Positions 12,621 through 24,042 of a stretch of DNA of 64,000 nucleotides are shown piece by piece (position 1 is the stretch's first letter; every line of letters begins with the position of its first letter). The notes under the pieces were generated by a model that saw only the letters and a program-made list of their open reading frames with translations, ran no database searches and was not told the DNA's origin. Source of the DNA: Hydrolagus affinis (taxonomy: Eukaryota); the NCBI GenBank assembly GCA_012026655.1, contig JAAILG010001346.1, forward strand, positions 1 to 64,000, read 5' to 3'. A program made the position numbers and the translations under genes.

Positions 12621-15359
12621 TCGATGAGTGTTTTTTTTAACGTAATTAAACTAGATGTAGGGGGGGGAAAAAGAACTCTGACCTACTTTCATGAGGTTGG
12701 GTGGTTTCAGATTGGCTCCCAGGCCTGTCCACAACTCCAGGCCCTGCAGAAGCCCGTGTTTCTATTTGTAACATGTGTCCCAGAGGAGGTACAATACAAG
12801 CACAGCGTTAAAGAGAGGATTGCTTGCTGCAGGAAAAAAAATCCTGTTGTGATAACGGTATTCATTTTATCACCATAGTGGGAGGCTTTTGTCTGTCAGT
12901 CTGGCTCAGTTGGTAGCACTCTTGCCTCCGAGTCAAAAGGTTGTGCTTTCAAAGCCCCATATCGAGTTTGTGCAAGTGCTAAACCAAAGTTCTACCTTCC
13001 TATTTATTCTCTTTGGGTTCTTGATGCAAATTTTCTTCTGAATGTGATCAAAATGTGCTTGGTGGTAGTGGTTGGTTTAACAGCTGCTTTGCCTGTGTGT
13101 GCCTAACACACAAATTTTTTTTTTTTTTAGAAAATTTAGATGCCTTTTTTGAAAACTGCAAAATATAAGATGGTAATATAATTTGTTCACGACCTCAGTC
13201 GCCTTCTTGTTTTACTGGCGTTACGATGAAGGCTCCAGGGTGTTCTGTGTAAGGAATTTTCTTAAGACGAAATGTTCATTTGAACCACCATATTCTTGGA
13301 CTGTGTCAAGACACACGGCTTCCGAATTTCTATGCTTGTTCGAGGAATGCAGACTTTTAACGCGCATTGTTGCCGGCTGCTTTGCAGATTGATTAATGCA
13401 TTTATCGAAGAATGCAAATAAAATCAGGTTTAAGACACGAGTAGAAAACATATTCTGTATGGGTGCATTTATCACTTCCTACTGATGTGTGTGTGCATCT
13501 TTTCACTTAGATTTTGGTGGGGGGGGGGTGCGGGGCGGGGTGCGGGGGGTTATGAACAGCCCAGAACTGTTGAATGATGCACTTTTGTGGCTTTGAAGCA
13601 TATTAATTCATTGGCGGCTATGCATGTTTTATGGTAATTCTGGTATGCATTTGATTTGCTTGTGAAACAGATTGGAAATGTTTCCTGAGTGCTAGAACAT
13701 TGCCCTGAACCGTTGGATTATAAATTGCACATATTGGTTGCAGTGAGGATTATGCAATGATTTGTTTAAAAGCCTATTGGAGTAAGCGGAAAGCATATTG
13801 CAATGAGTACCTGCTGTTTTTGGTTCGTAGTTGTTTCATTTCCACCTTGTTTGGGTTTTTTTTAATGCTTCTTTGAATTTCTCCTATTGAAATGAGCATC
13901 AAACACAATGCATCGCTTTTATACTGTGGATCTTGTTTGCTGAGACTTCTGTACAGCATTACAAGTGCATCTGTTCCTATCGTGGAATCAAATTCAAAGT
14001 GACAGCTTTGTGTAGAGATTTAATGTTGTGTGGTATACAAAATGAATTAGTTCTGACCATTTCATTATCCCTTGTGTGGAGAGAGAGAGGGAAAACAAAA
14101 GTGAGGCATTCTGTTCATTCTGTCTTATCTACTTTATTTGCTGATACTGAGTAGATTATTGAATCGTAGCCTTTCTGTTTTCTGAGAGGGTGGGTATTAA
14201 TGTGTGACAAAATCCTGCATTACGAGAATAAGTTCAACTGCCACAGCTCAGTGGTTACATCATTATCTATTTACTAATCGTCAGAATGAATGTTTTATGC
14301 CAGAATGAGCTGATTGAAGCATGGAGCAATTTCTTATGCTTTAATCAGCCGTCTTCTGTTCCAGTATAGCACTGTTGTGTTTACTGTAAGTGAAATTGAT
14401 TTGTGTGTATGTGTGTGTTAATATTGCACGTGTTCTCAGCAAATACATTGTTAAGTAAGCAGCCTTTCCCTTGGGGGGGAAAAAAAAGATTTTTAAAACA
14501 TGTTAAATCATTTTACCGTGCTTCATCTTTAGTGCTCACAAGTCAAAATACAATGTTTTGAAATAAGAACTGGGCTGGATTTGTCACAACTATGAATTTC
14601 ATAACCAGCCGCATTAAAATAAGATGTTTGCATTTCATCTGCGAATTTTTTTTCTCACCATTCAACTCTATCCCATTATAAATTTACCAAGCTGGGTAAG
14701 GTGGTCCATTAGCAACCCCCTGAGTGCTACTTGTGAGACAAGTTTGTATATTACAAAATAGTTCTGCTGTCAGTGTCTCTCTCTCTCTCTGCCTCTGTCT
14801 GTTGGTCTGCTGCTCAATCCTCCTTTGAATGGCGATCATTTAAATTCTTACCCCCTTTTACATGTCTTGTCACACTTAATTTTTAAACAACACTGTTGCT
14901 TTAATAAGTGCATGGTGACCTTGCAGCTTTGAAAATGACAAAGGAAATCTGCACATCAATACGTCAATGACCTTCGGGGCAACTTTCTGTCTACTTCAAA
15001 GTCCTTTATGCATTTATTTATTTAGCTATCATTCAGTCTGTTATCTATGGGAGTTCAGTATGTTTTGATGAGAAGAATCATGGCTAACAATTGTGGGGAA
15101 ATAACATTTCTCACTCAGAAATCAGCTGCTATAATCACAATTCGCCACTTTAACTCAGGATCCCCACTCTTATGATTACTTGAAGTAGCCGCATATTCCA
15201 AACATTACTGCATTGTCGGTCATGCTATCTTCTGACGATGCTTTAGACTAGTGTCTTCCTCCACTGTTCAGGTGAATATTCAAGCACTTTTCAAAATCTG
15301 AAGGGAGTTTCTCCCAGTGAACAATCGCCCTGACAACAATTGGTCATTCATCTGATTGA

Positions 15360-15570
15360 TAATTAATTAATAATATTAATAATAATCCCTCCGAAAAAAC
15401 ACTCTAACAAATTGGTCATTTCAATCCACGACTGCTGTGTGCAATTGGCTGCTGCGTTTCGCCCACAAATATACAGTCAAGTTACTGTACAGTATATTCT
15501 GGAAGCGTTTTGAGACGTCTAGAATACGCGAAAAACGCTGTATCAAATGTAAGGATTATCATTATTAGTA
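15360..15570 (+). mobile_element. SINE 3' half
   Basis: aattggtcatttcaatccacgactg...cgctgtatcaaatgtaaggattat. Confidence 0.8.
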
Positions 15571-15877
15571 TTGCTGTATATACATTAATAACTGCTTCTG
15601 GTTGCAAATCTGCAGTTACTACACTTGATGGAAATACTCTGAAACCCTTAGAGACCTATTATTTCTATATTATTAATTGGTTTTCCCTCCCAATAATGGC
15701 ATTGACTGCTACCTTCAACCAACCAATGCAAAATTGTTCAACCACGTTGAGAAATGAGAATTCATGTCAATAGCGCTTGAACGAGTCTGAATCCTGCTGC
15801 AAAACTGAATGTATGAATTGCCTGTTGTTACTTATTTTATTCGTTTTAACTGTATTCTTTTTTTTTGCAACCTCCAG

Positions 15878-15990
15878 ATTGAATTGAAACGGAAGTATAA
15901 CGACCAGCATTCACAGACGAGAGGTCTGCTTCGTGGTAGTCAGTGGTATGATATTCAGGCATTTCGAGCATTGAACCAAGCACTGGGCAG
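15878..15990 (+). CDS. BRIP1: BRIP1 exon (~human exon 17): [38 protein letters not shown]
   Basis: Polypyrimidine tract, ctccag|ATT, donor GCAG|gtaaat; 113 bp; start of helicase motif VI (QALGR). Confidence 0.97.
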
Positions 15991-16059
15991 GTAAATAATG
16001 GGAGATTCCCAGATTCTCAAATGACATGGTATGCAAGGCGGAAATTAGTATAACTGAAA

Positions 16060-16240
16060 AAATAATAATAATTTGGTCATTTCGATCCACGCTTGTTTGT
16101 GGGACGCTGCTGTACGCAATTGGCTGCTGCGTTTCACCCACAAATATACAGTCAGTTCACTTTACAGTATATTCTGTGAAGTGCTTTGAGATGTCTAGAA
16201 TATATGAAAAGCGCTATATCAAATACAAGGATTATTTTTT
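16060..16240 (+). mobile_element. SINE 3' half
   Basis: Core and tail motifs as in the other copies. Confidence 0.82.
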
Positions 16241-16394
16241 ATTAAAACTCAGTTAATATATATAATATTCACAAGAACTCTGTTTTGAAGATATTTTGTC
16301 AAAGAAAATGTTTTACAATGTGAAACAGTCTGTTTACAAGCATATCCAAATTGATAGAAAATAATTCTAACAAATATAATTGTATTTACTCTAG

Positions 16395-16477
16395 GTGTAT
16401 CCGACATAAGAACGACTGGGGAGCACTGATCCTGGTTGATGATCGATTTAGGAATAACCCGAACAGATACATAAATG
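16395..16477 (+). CDS. BRIP1: BRIP1 exon (~human exon 18): [28 protein letters not shown]
   Basis: Acceptor ctctag|G and donor AATG|gtaagt; 83 bp; completes motif VI (GRCIRH); phases join both neighbours. Confidence 0.97.
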
Positions 16478-17245
16478 GTAAGTCTCCCACGACAATAGAA
16501 TAAGTAGAGAGGACAAATTTGTTGTCTCACAATTCACTTTCAGTCTGTCTGCTCTCACTCTTTGAACTCCATGCCAGAGTCCCTTTGCTTCAGCTCTTTC
16601 CCCCGCCTCCTTCAAGACCCATCTCAAGACGTTCCCCTTTGACCGCTCAACATCCAGTCCTCACCTTCCCTCTTGTGTTAAGAAGTTCCTCTGAAACTCC
16701 CTATTGGATCTACCACTTTAACAATGCGCTCCAACAATGGACTCACTAACAAGCGATCATCTCATTCTATGTAATTTGAGAATTGTGGCTGAAAGGAGAA
16801 GATTTTTTAAAAAAATTGGAAATCATTTTAAAAAGTACAAATGTAAAACATTTTGACTGTTTAACTGAGTGAAGCTAACAGCTTTGCTCAAAGGACTGTA
16901 TAGATAATGTGAATGCTAAATTCCTGCCCCTTTTGTCACTGGATGGTGCTAGAGAACTGCTCTGGCAGTTTGATTGTGTGAGCTGTTTGCTGAGATGTGA
17001 CTCAACCTTTTACGTTTTATTTATGTTGGATTTTTAAGTAGATCTGTGTTTGCAAAGCAACGCAGCTAAATTTAATTGGAACTAAGAAGTTACAAACCGG
17101 GTGTGGGGGCAACTTTCCACGGATGCTTCTCCAACCATCCAAGGTGAGTGGGGGGACATGTGGTCTAAGACGTTGTGCCCAATCCAATCTATAAACTGAT
17201 TTGAAGGTTTGCATTATTCATTTTGAAAACTCATCTAACCCACAG

Positions 17246-17575
17246 GCCTGTCAAAGTGGATTCGACAACAGGTTCAGCATCATCCAAACTTCAGCAGCGC
17301 CTTACAATCGTTGGCCACATTTTCCAAAGCCCAACAGGAAGATGTTGACGCTTTGCACAAGGGTGTTAGCAAGGTGCTCGCCCCCGCACCGCAAGATGAA
17401 AGTTTGCCGAGGGTTCCAGTGGTTCGGAATGAGGATCTCCAATCCGAGATTCCCCACGTACAAGTTGGAATCGTTAGACCGAATTGCGCCCTGCCGAGTG
17501 CTAGCACAGCAAGCCACGTACTTAATGCTGATGTTGCTCCGCCACTTCCTTCCTATAGAGCTGTGGAAACGCCAG
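17246..17575 (+). CDS. BRIP1: BRIP1 exon (~human exon 19): [30 protein letters not shown]...ETP
   Basis: Acceptor ccacag|GC and donor CCAG|gtgtgt; 330 bp, open frame; LSKW(V/I)RQQ marks the end of the helicase core. Confidence 0.93.
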
Positions 17576-18176
17576 GTGTGTATTAAAAAAAATTCCCCAA
17601 ATAATTTCAATTCAAATTAACGTGTTTTCCTGCGCAAACGGAGAGGAGCGTTGGTTGATCTTATTCCTTCTAATCTCCGGTAGTGGTGAGATATTGATGA
17701 CAGGTAAAGGTGTCTGGTGTCTCCAGGTGTCTCCAATTATCTTCTAAGGATAGGGATAGATCACCCTGGTTAAGTGACCTGCTTAATTGAAAGTTTGAAA
17801 TGTTACACTTGTCAACAATCTTATCTTTGAGAGGATGGTGAGAGGGATAACAATACAACACATTTATATAAGCGCCTTTCACGTCGGGAGGATGTCCGAA
17901 GGTTTTGCACATTGTTTTTTCCTTGCGTTTTCGAGCGAGAAACTAGTTTCCTCTGTCGGATTTAGTGTTTGAATTTATAAATCGCCCACAAATGTAAAGT
18001 CAATTCGCTTTGCAGTATATTCTGTGAAGCGCTTTGAGACATCTAGAAGACATGAATGTCAAATGTAACGATTATTATTAAAATAGTCGTTCTGAAGTTT
18101 GTTCAGATTTTTTTTTCAAAAAGCGACGAAATCTGTTCATTTCACGGCTTTGAAATAATTGCCGTTTGAATTGCAG

Positions 18177-19073
18177 GTCACCAGCGAAAAGACGAGCCTC
18201 CTACAATCATAATGACCAGGGCTCCGCTCTTCAGAAATTCTCGTAACCCAGGGAAAGGTGGAAATGTTGGTGGCAGAAGATCCTCAACAACTATTACGCA
18301 GTATTTCAATAAAAATCCTTTGACTTCGACACCTGTACAGAGATCACCACCACAGTTGTACTTGCCAACTGTTGACGTCACTCAAGATTGCGCTGATGAT
18401 CAGAACATTGTGTGTAACTCTGTTAAACTGGGACACCAAACAATACCGAGAACTTCAGCTCACTGTGAGGCAGCGCTAGAGAAAAATCTAAATGCACCCG
18501 CAATTGATAACACAGAGAATATACTGTATACTGTAGAATGTGAATCCCAGGCACAGCAAATCATGTATGACAGTGTGGGAAATTCTTACGATAGTTCTAC
18601 AGCGGTATCACCCTCTCCTGTTTCAGCGTCAGTTTGTGAGTGTGAGGCCGAGGTAGTAGATAAAGAAGAGGATGAGACATTGTTTTATACCCCTGAGCTT
18701 TTTGATGAGGATCTAGAGGAAGACTATTTAGAGGAAGCAAAGCGAGCTAGCCCACAGATAACTGACGATGCTACTCTTGAACCTGAGAACGTAAAAAACG
18801 ATAGTGTCAAACTGTTTCAGAGTACCAATGGAGAGCTCAGTCACCTTGACAGTGCAGCAAGATCCAATGAGAAAGATATGGCGGGTTCAATTATCAGAGG
18901 GGATTATCTGGATTGCGGCCCGCCAGCTAAAGGTGACAATGTACCTAAATTGTCTGCGCTGATAGATAGCGAAGAGGCTGCCAGCTCGCATTCTCAGCGA
19001 GTGGATGAGCCAACAGAAAGTGACCAAAAACGATCAAAGAGAAAACATAGGCTGAGCAGATCAAGAAATAAAG
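18177..19073 (+). CDS. BRIP1: BRIP1 exon (~human terminal exon 20): disordered region with a PIP/RIR-like motif (TITQYF) and TopBP1-type motif (DETLFYTPELFD). If unspliced, it reads on to a stop at 19127-19129.
   Basis: Acceptor ttgcag|GT; same frame as ORF 18212..19129; FYTPELF matches human YFTPELY. Phase-1 donor AAAG|gtacta at 19074. Confidence 0.9.
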
Positions 19074-19350
19074 GTACTACAGGCATTGTTGTCTTAAATG
19101 AAGACAGCTACCGGTTTGATCATGGTTGACTCCTGCTTTAACAACAATTTTACAATAATTAATAGCAATTATCATTATTAATGCCCATCTGTGATCACTT
19201 AAGCATATTGTTTGATAAAGTCTGCCTTTTTTTTCACCCACAAATTATACAGCGCATTCACTTCACAGTGTATTCTGTGAAGCGCTTTGAGACGTCTCAA
19301 AGACATGATGAGGTGCTGTATCAAAAAGCCATCTGAAGAGGTCATATCAG

Positions 19351-19356
19351 AATAAA
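19351..19356 (+). terminator. Candidate intronic poly(A) signal for a short BRIP1 isoform
   Basis: AATAAA about 220 nt after the read-through stop at 19129, followed by GU-rich ctttggtgtttgt. Confidence 0.35.
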
Positions 19357-20211
19357 GTACCTTTGGTGTTTGTAACAGCCAATTTGTTGTTTATAGCAAT
19401 GTTTTTTTTAAGAAAGCACTGCCTACCAGTATTTCAACTCCAAAGAAGTTCTTAAATTTACTTTTTTAATATCAGTGTAAATGGTAAAACACTGAAACAA
19501 TATAATTTGTTCACTCAATGTTACCTGCACAGTAAAGTGCATCAAATATTTATTGGCCTCGGACATTAGTTGTGAAAATAAATGGTTAGGTGGGGGGGGC
19601 AAAACCTTACTTAGGTGCAGTAATCTCTTCTGCTTAAAGTTTGTACAAGGTATATGGTTTATAAGTGAAATACACTATCAATGAAAGTTGTTGTTTTATG
19701 GTTCTTTGCTTTCTGAGATCTGTGTTTTATTTTGGATTGTGGAGATCCTGAAATGTTTAAAAAGTAATCTCAGTCACCACTTCTCCTTCCACATATCTCT
19801 CTCCGTCTCCCCCCCACCCACTGCTCCAGAGAATCAAAAGTACCCTACCATTCCATAGCAGAACGTGTGTTTCCAACACGCCACTTGAATTAAACCTTTA
19901 CAAATGTCTAGTACCTTGCTGGATCACCTATATATATAACCCTGTAACCATAAAATTATGATTGTTCTCATAAATAACTTTTATTAAATATTGGTTCTGA
20001 GTTATTTCTTTCGTAAGCAGAAACTCGCACTAAGATCTTTGGCGAGTATTGATATGCATCCGTTCATTGTCAAAAACCTTCAGTATCTGTAAGTGTTACA
20101 TCTGGCCTGCTCGCAACATCTATAGTCGATTCACTTTATAATATGTTCTGTGAAGCGCTTTGAGTCTGTACCAAATGCAGGGAATATTATTATTATATTT
20201 TCTTTTCTCAG

Positions 20212-21225
20212 GCAATAATAATTCATCAGCATTGTCGAGATGGAATCACCAAAGCGATCGCCCCAACATGGAGATTAGGATAGTGTCAAAACTTGGTGTC
20301 TCGAAACAAGAAGCCAGTTCAGGCTGTTCAGAGAGAGAAACTAGCCATCACATGCTGAGAGTACATCCGAGAGATAAAAGGAAGGTTATGAAACATGCTG
20401 ATGTTGAAAGTCGAGTAAACAAGCAGAAAGATTGTACAAAGGGATCAAGTGAGAGTAAACACAGTCAAAAAGACCAGGACGATTTTTTTAAACGGAGCGA
20501 ACAAAAAAGCAATAAACACAAGCCAAGGTATCTGTCGGGTGAAGAAGCTACACTGCTCAACATTGCCCAGGAGGGAAGCGTGGGAATGAATAACAATAAG
20601 GAAAATGTAGAGAAATGTAAGCTTGTTTTGTCAGAGGTGACTGATCACACAGTAATTCAAAATACTGGAAGCCCAAGGACAGAGAGTGTAGATTTCAATG
20701 TGATGAAATATAGGTTAAGAAACAGACGGGCAAAAAAGCTCTGCCACAGATTGGGTCAAAGCACAACTCGGGTAGAAAAACAATTAAATGGTGCTCAGAC
20801 TGGTGAAACAAAGGACGAAACTTCGCCCAGTAAAACGTCACCCAAAGTGGTCCTTTTCAGCCAGTGCGGAGATCAGTTTACAAAACCTTGCGAAGTGCCT
20901 GTGTTAGACTCAAAACAATCAGCCAAGAGCAAAAGAGGAGCAAAATCTAAGACTGCGAGCTGTGCGTGTCATGGGGACGAATATGGAAAGTCCAAAGCAA
21001 CCGCGGTTCAGTTGGAAGTTCTAACAGCAGAGGAATATCCTTCCCCTGTGCACGCAATTCTTTTACAATGTGATAACATAGATGCTTTGGGAATAGGTGT
21101 CCAGGGTAATGGACAACCTCACAATAACGTAAATCAAATTTTCCATCTAGATAACGATGTATCAGTTGTAGAGAACAGTTTATCAGCTCTCACGAAGTTC
21201 ATCTCTGATACAAAAATCTGTTCAG
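20212..21225 (+). CDS. BRIP1: Putative additional BRIP1 exon (338 codons, S/K/E-rich linker)
   Basis: Acceptor ttttcttttctcag|GC and donor TCAG|gtaagg; 1014 bp with no stop (inside ORF 20160..21431); phase 1-1 matches the donor at 19074. Confidence 0.8.
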
Positions 21226-21278
21226 GTAAGGAAGTTAGCTGTAGCTCGCTCCATAAGTATGTGTACATATATATTATG

Positions 21279-21580
21279 TATCCTGTAGCTCAGTGGTTGG
21301 AGCGTTCGCTTTACAAGTGTGAGATCCATGTTCGAATCCAGGCAGGTCAGAGCAAAACCTTAGGCAAGTTTCCTTACTCCACACAAACACCTAATAATAA
21401 TTCCTCTCCTCCCCCAGAAAACCCACACTAATAAAATTGGTCATTTTCATCCACGACTGTTTGTGGGTCACTGCTATGCGCAATTGGCTGCCGCAGTGAT
21501 GTGGATTAAATAATAATAATATAATCCTTGCATTTGGTGTAACGCCTTATCGTTTCATCGAGATGTCTTAAATCACATTG
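21279..21580 (+). mobile_element. SINE head and core on +, followed by an inverted tail fragment
   Basis: tgtagctcagtggttggagc...gttcgaatcc...gcaattggctgcc, then aatccttgcatttgg. Confidence 0.8.
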
Positions 21581-21758
21581 TTAGATCTTCTGCAGGTTTT
21601 CTTGATTTAGTGAGAAGAAAAAAAAACACTTTCCTTGGGTGGTTATATGAATGGGGTAGATGGGATGGAGCGGGTCCTCAATGATCGAAGGAAAACTTAA
21701 TAAAGTGACTGACTGGCCTTTTATACTTCCTTATCAATAATCCACCTTGTTGTTCCAG

Positions 21759-21847
21759 GGTTAAAGATAAAAACAACAAGAAACAGCTACCGAAAAGCTA
21801 AAGGGAAGAGGGTTAGTCAAAAAAGGAGGATTCTGCAGGATGATCCG
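21759..21847 (+). CDS. BRIP1: Putative additional BRIP1 exon, basic/NLS-like: GLKIKTTRNSYRKAKGKRVSQKRRILQDDP
   Basis: Acceptor tgttgttccag|GG and donor CCG|gtaata; 89 bp, open, phase 1 to 0. Confidence 0.65.
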
Positions 21848-22603
21848 GTAATACGTGATTTTTACTGGCAGTAAAACATTTCAACATGACATAGAACAAA
21901 AACAACAAAAAATTGGATTTATACAGCTCTCTCCACGCCGGACGGCGTCTCAGAGCACAGAGTGCCCACTCGCTCTTCAAATTGGTGGGTGAGCTTTCAG
22001 TCACTCTGCCCCCGCTCTCCGGTTCTCCGTTCCGTCACCTGGCTCCCTCCCTGTCTATCTTCCAAACCGGCCTTTTAATCTCCTTGAAAGTGCATTTGGC
22101 CACCTTCCCCCTTCCCAGTCCCACTCCCATCCCTACCCAGCTCGGGCTCCCAAAGTGTGTGAAGCATTTTGAGATGACATTGCAATACGATATGAAAGGC
22201 ACAAGTAATGTATTGTTATTTGTTTTATTTGTTGGTAAGTTATAATAAATATCGCAATCTCGAGAATAATAGATACCTAGAATGCATTACTAATTAATCG
22301 TATGGTCACGCAGAATAGGCTCAAGGGTTATGAATAACTGTTGTTTGGATCCTAAGACTCTAAACTATGAGCATAAATTCAATAGCTCTCTGATTTTGGT
22401 ATCTCTGAGTTTAAATATAATCTTATTTACTGTGAATGTTTATGCAGTGAGTTTACTTGGTCTCTCATCAAATTAGTAATTAGCTCTCAGTGCCACTTGA
22501 CTCCAAGATGTGTTTACGACAACTGCTGATTCTCAGTGATTAACGGGATATGAGAGTCAGCCTAGACTGTATGCTAATCTCAGGATTTCTCTTCATTTTT
22601 CAG

Positions 22604-22682
22604 CAGAGGCAAAGACTTCAGCCATGCCAACTTGGATTGTTTTGTGTTTCTTGTGGTGCTGAATTATTAGCAGACGCCCAAG
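22604..22682 (+). CDS. BRIP1: Putative additional BRIP1 exon with first CxxC: QRQRLQPCQLGLFCVSCGAELLADAQG
   Basis: NAGNAG acceptor ttcatttttcag|cag and strong donor CAAG|gtaaga; phase 0 to 1; open. Confidence 0.72.
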
Positions 22683-23068
22683 GTAAGATCAACAGCCCGA
22701 TGGCGGTCTAAAAAGAGTTATTTGGAACCAAAGGTAATACTTTGATTTAATATAATAATGTCTCAGACATCTGCCAATTATCACAGGAAATGGGACAGAA
22801 CACTCCTGTCATCAAGGGGAGAGGTAGATATGTACATGTGGAAATGGCCTGCAGGTGATGTTGATATTTTTAATGAAATGTACCTTAAAATTAGCATCGG
22901 AAACAGCGCCTTGGGACATCCACCTGACGTGAAAGGCACTATACAAATGTATTTTCTATTGTATTTTGTACTGTGTATCTATTATCTTGTTTTGAAGATA
23001 ATCCTGTGTGCGGAGGCCTGACGGAAAACTTGCCACGTGTTTTAAACCCAAGTGAAATTTGTTTACAG

Positions 23069-23296
23069 GCTTGATGATGAGAGCTCCCTGTATCAGAGAC
23101 AGTATTGCCAAGCTTAAGGCAGTTTTCCCAAACACAACTAGAAAATCAAAGACTCCAAATCTCCACTGCTATTGTCAAAATCAACCAGCTCAGGTCACAG
23201 GCTCCGAGAACATTCTACTAGTTGTGGAAGATGAAAGAGGAATATCCTACCTGAAGGAAAGAACGCAGCCCTATGAAGTCACAGTAATCAGCAAAG
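23069..23296 (+). CDS. BRIP1: Putative additional BRIP1 exon: GLMMRAPCIRDSIAKLKAVF...NILLVVEDERGISYLKERTQPYEVTVISK
   Basis: Acceptor tttgtttacag|GC and donor AAAG|gtataa; 228 bp, phase 1-1; frame of ORF 23059..23373. Confidence 0.72.
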
Positions 23297-23881
23297 GTAT
23301 AAAAACAGTTAAACCTCACATTATGAACTCATTCACTTGCAACAGACTCGGTCTTGTGTTATTCTGTAAATGATGCAGAATTCTAATAAGGTGATGTATG
23401 ACAAAGTTGAATTGTTGATAAGTTGATTTTACAACAACAGCAAAATTACATTTATAGAGCGCCTTTCATGGAGGACATTCCAAGGCGCTGTTACTTCTAG
23501 CTAAATGACTAAGAAGTCATCATTTAGAGATACGTCTTAATTTTGCCAAACAATAATCCTGCATAATTCTGAATGTTTAGAATGGAAATTCTTAAATTCA
23601 CTCCATTTTGAAAAAAAATTCTGCAAGTTCTTTTAAGGCTGAAACTTAAATTGCAATCTAAATTCAACAACGGGCGCTGTAAAATGCCGAATAAAGTAGA
23701 GTAAATCTAGACCTGCATAGATTTTTCTCCTACTTGTTTATTTTTTGATGTATTGTTTGAGAACTGTTATATTAACTTGTAAAATAACTCGAATCTCTTT
23801 TGTAAATATGAAATAGGCAATAGCCAGAATTATGATGTCTCAGCACTGAATGTCACATTTTTGTTTTTCTGTTCTTGAAAG

Positions 23882-24042
23882 GACCTCGGCAAACAGGACT
23901 AGCATTAAATGCCATGTGGAATTCACAAGAATCTTCTCTAACCACCTATTTACAATGCAGAAACTGTGTCAGTCAGTTGACTCCTCACTGTTCATTGATA
24001 GGTGCTGAAATAATACAGCTAAAAAATGTTCGTCGACCAAAG
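23882..24042 (+). CDS. BRIP1: Putative additional BRIP1 exon with second CxxC: GPRQTGLALNAMWNSQESSLTTYLQCRNCVSQLTPHCSLIGAEIIQLKNVRRPK; terminal exon unresolved
   Basis: Long pyrimidine tract then ttgaaag|GA; donor AAG|gtaggg; 161 bp open, phase 1 to 0. Confidence 0.7.

Noticed and set aside
13515-13550. G-quadruplex-capable tract within the gene for a G4 helicase
   Set aside because: Such G-runs are common throughout this window; no evidence of specific function.
20160-21431. 423-aa ORF as a stand-alone gene
   Set aside because: Both ends lie in SINE sequence, the start is non-ATG, and splice sites in phase with BRIP1 bound the unique part.
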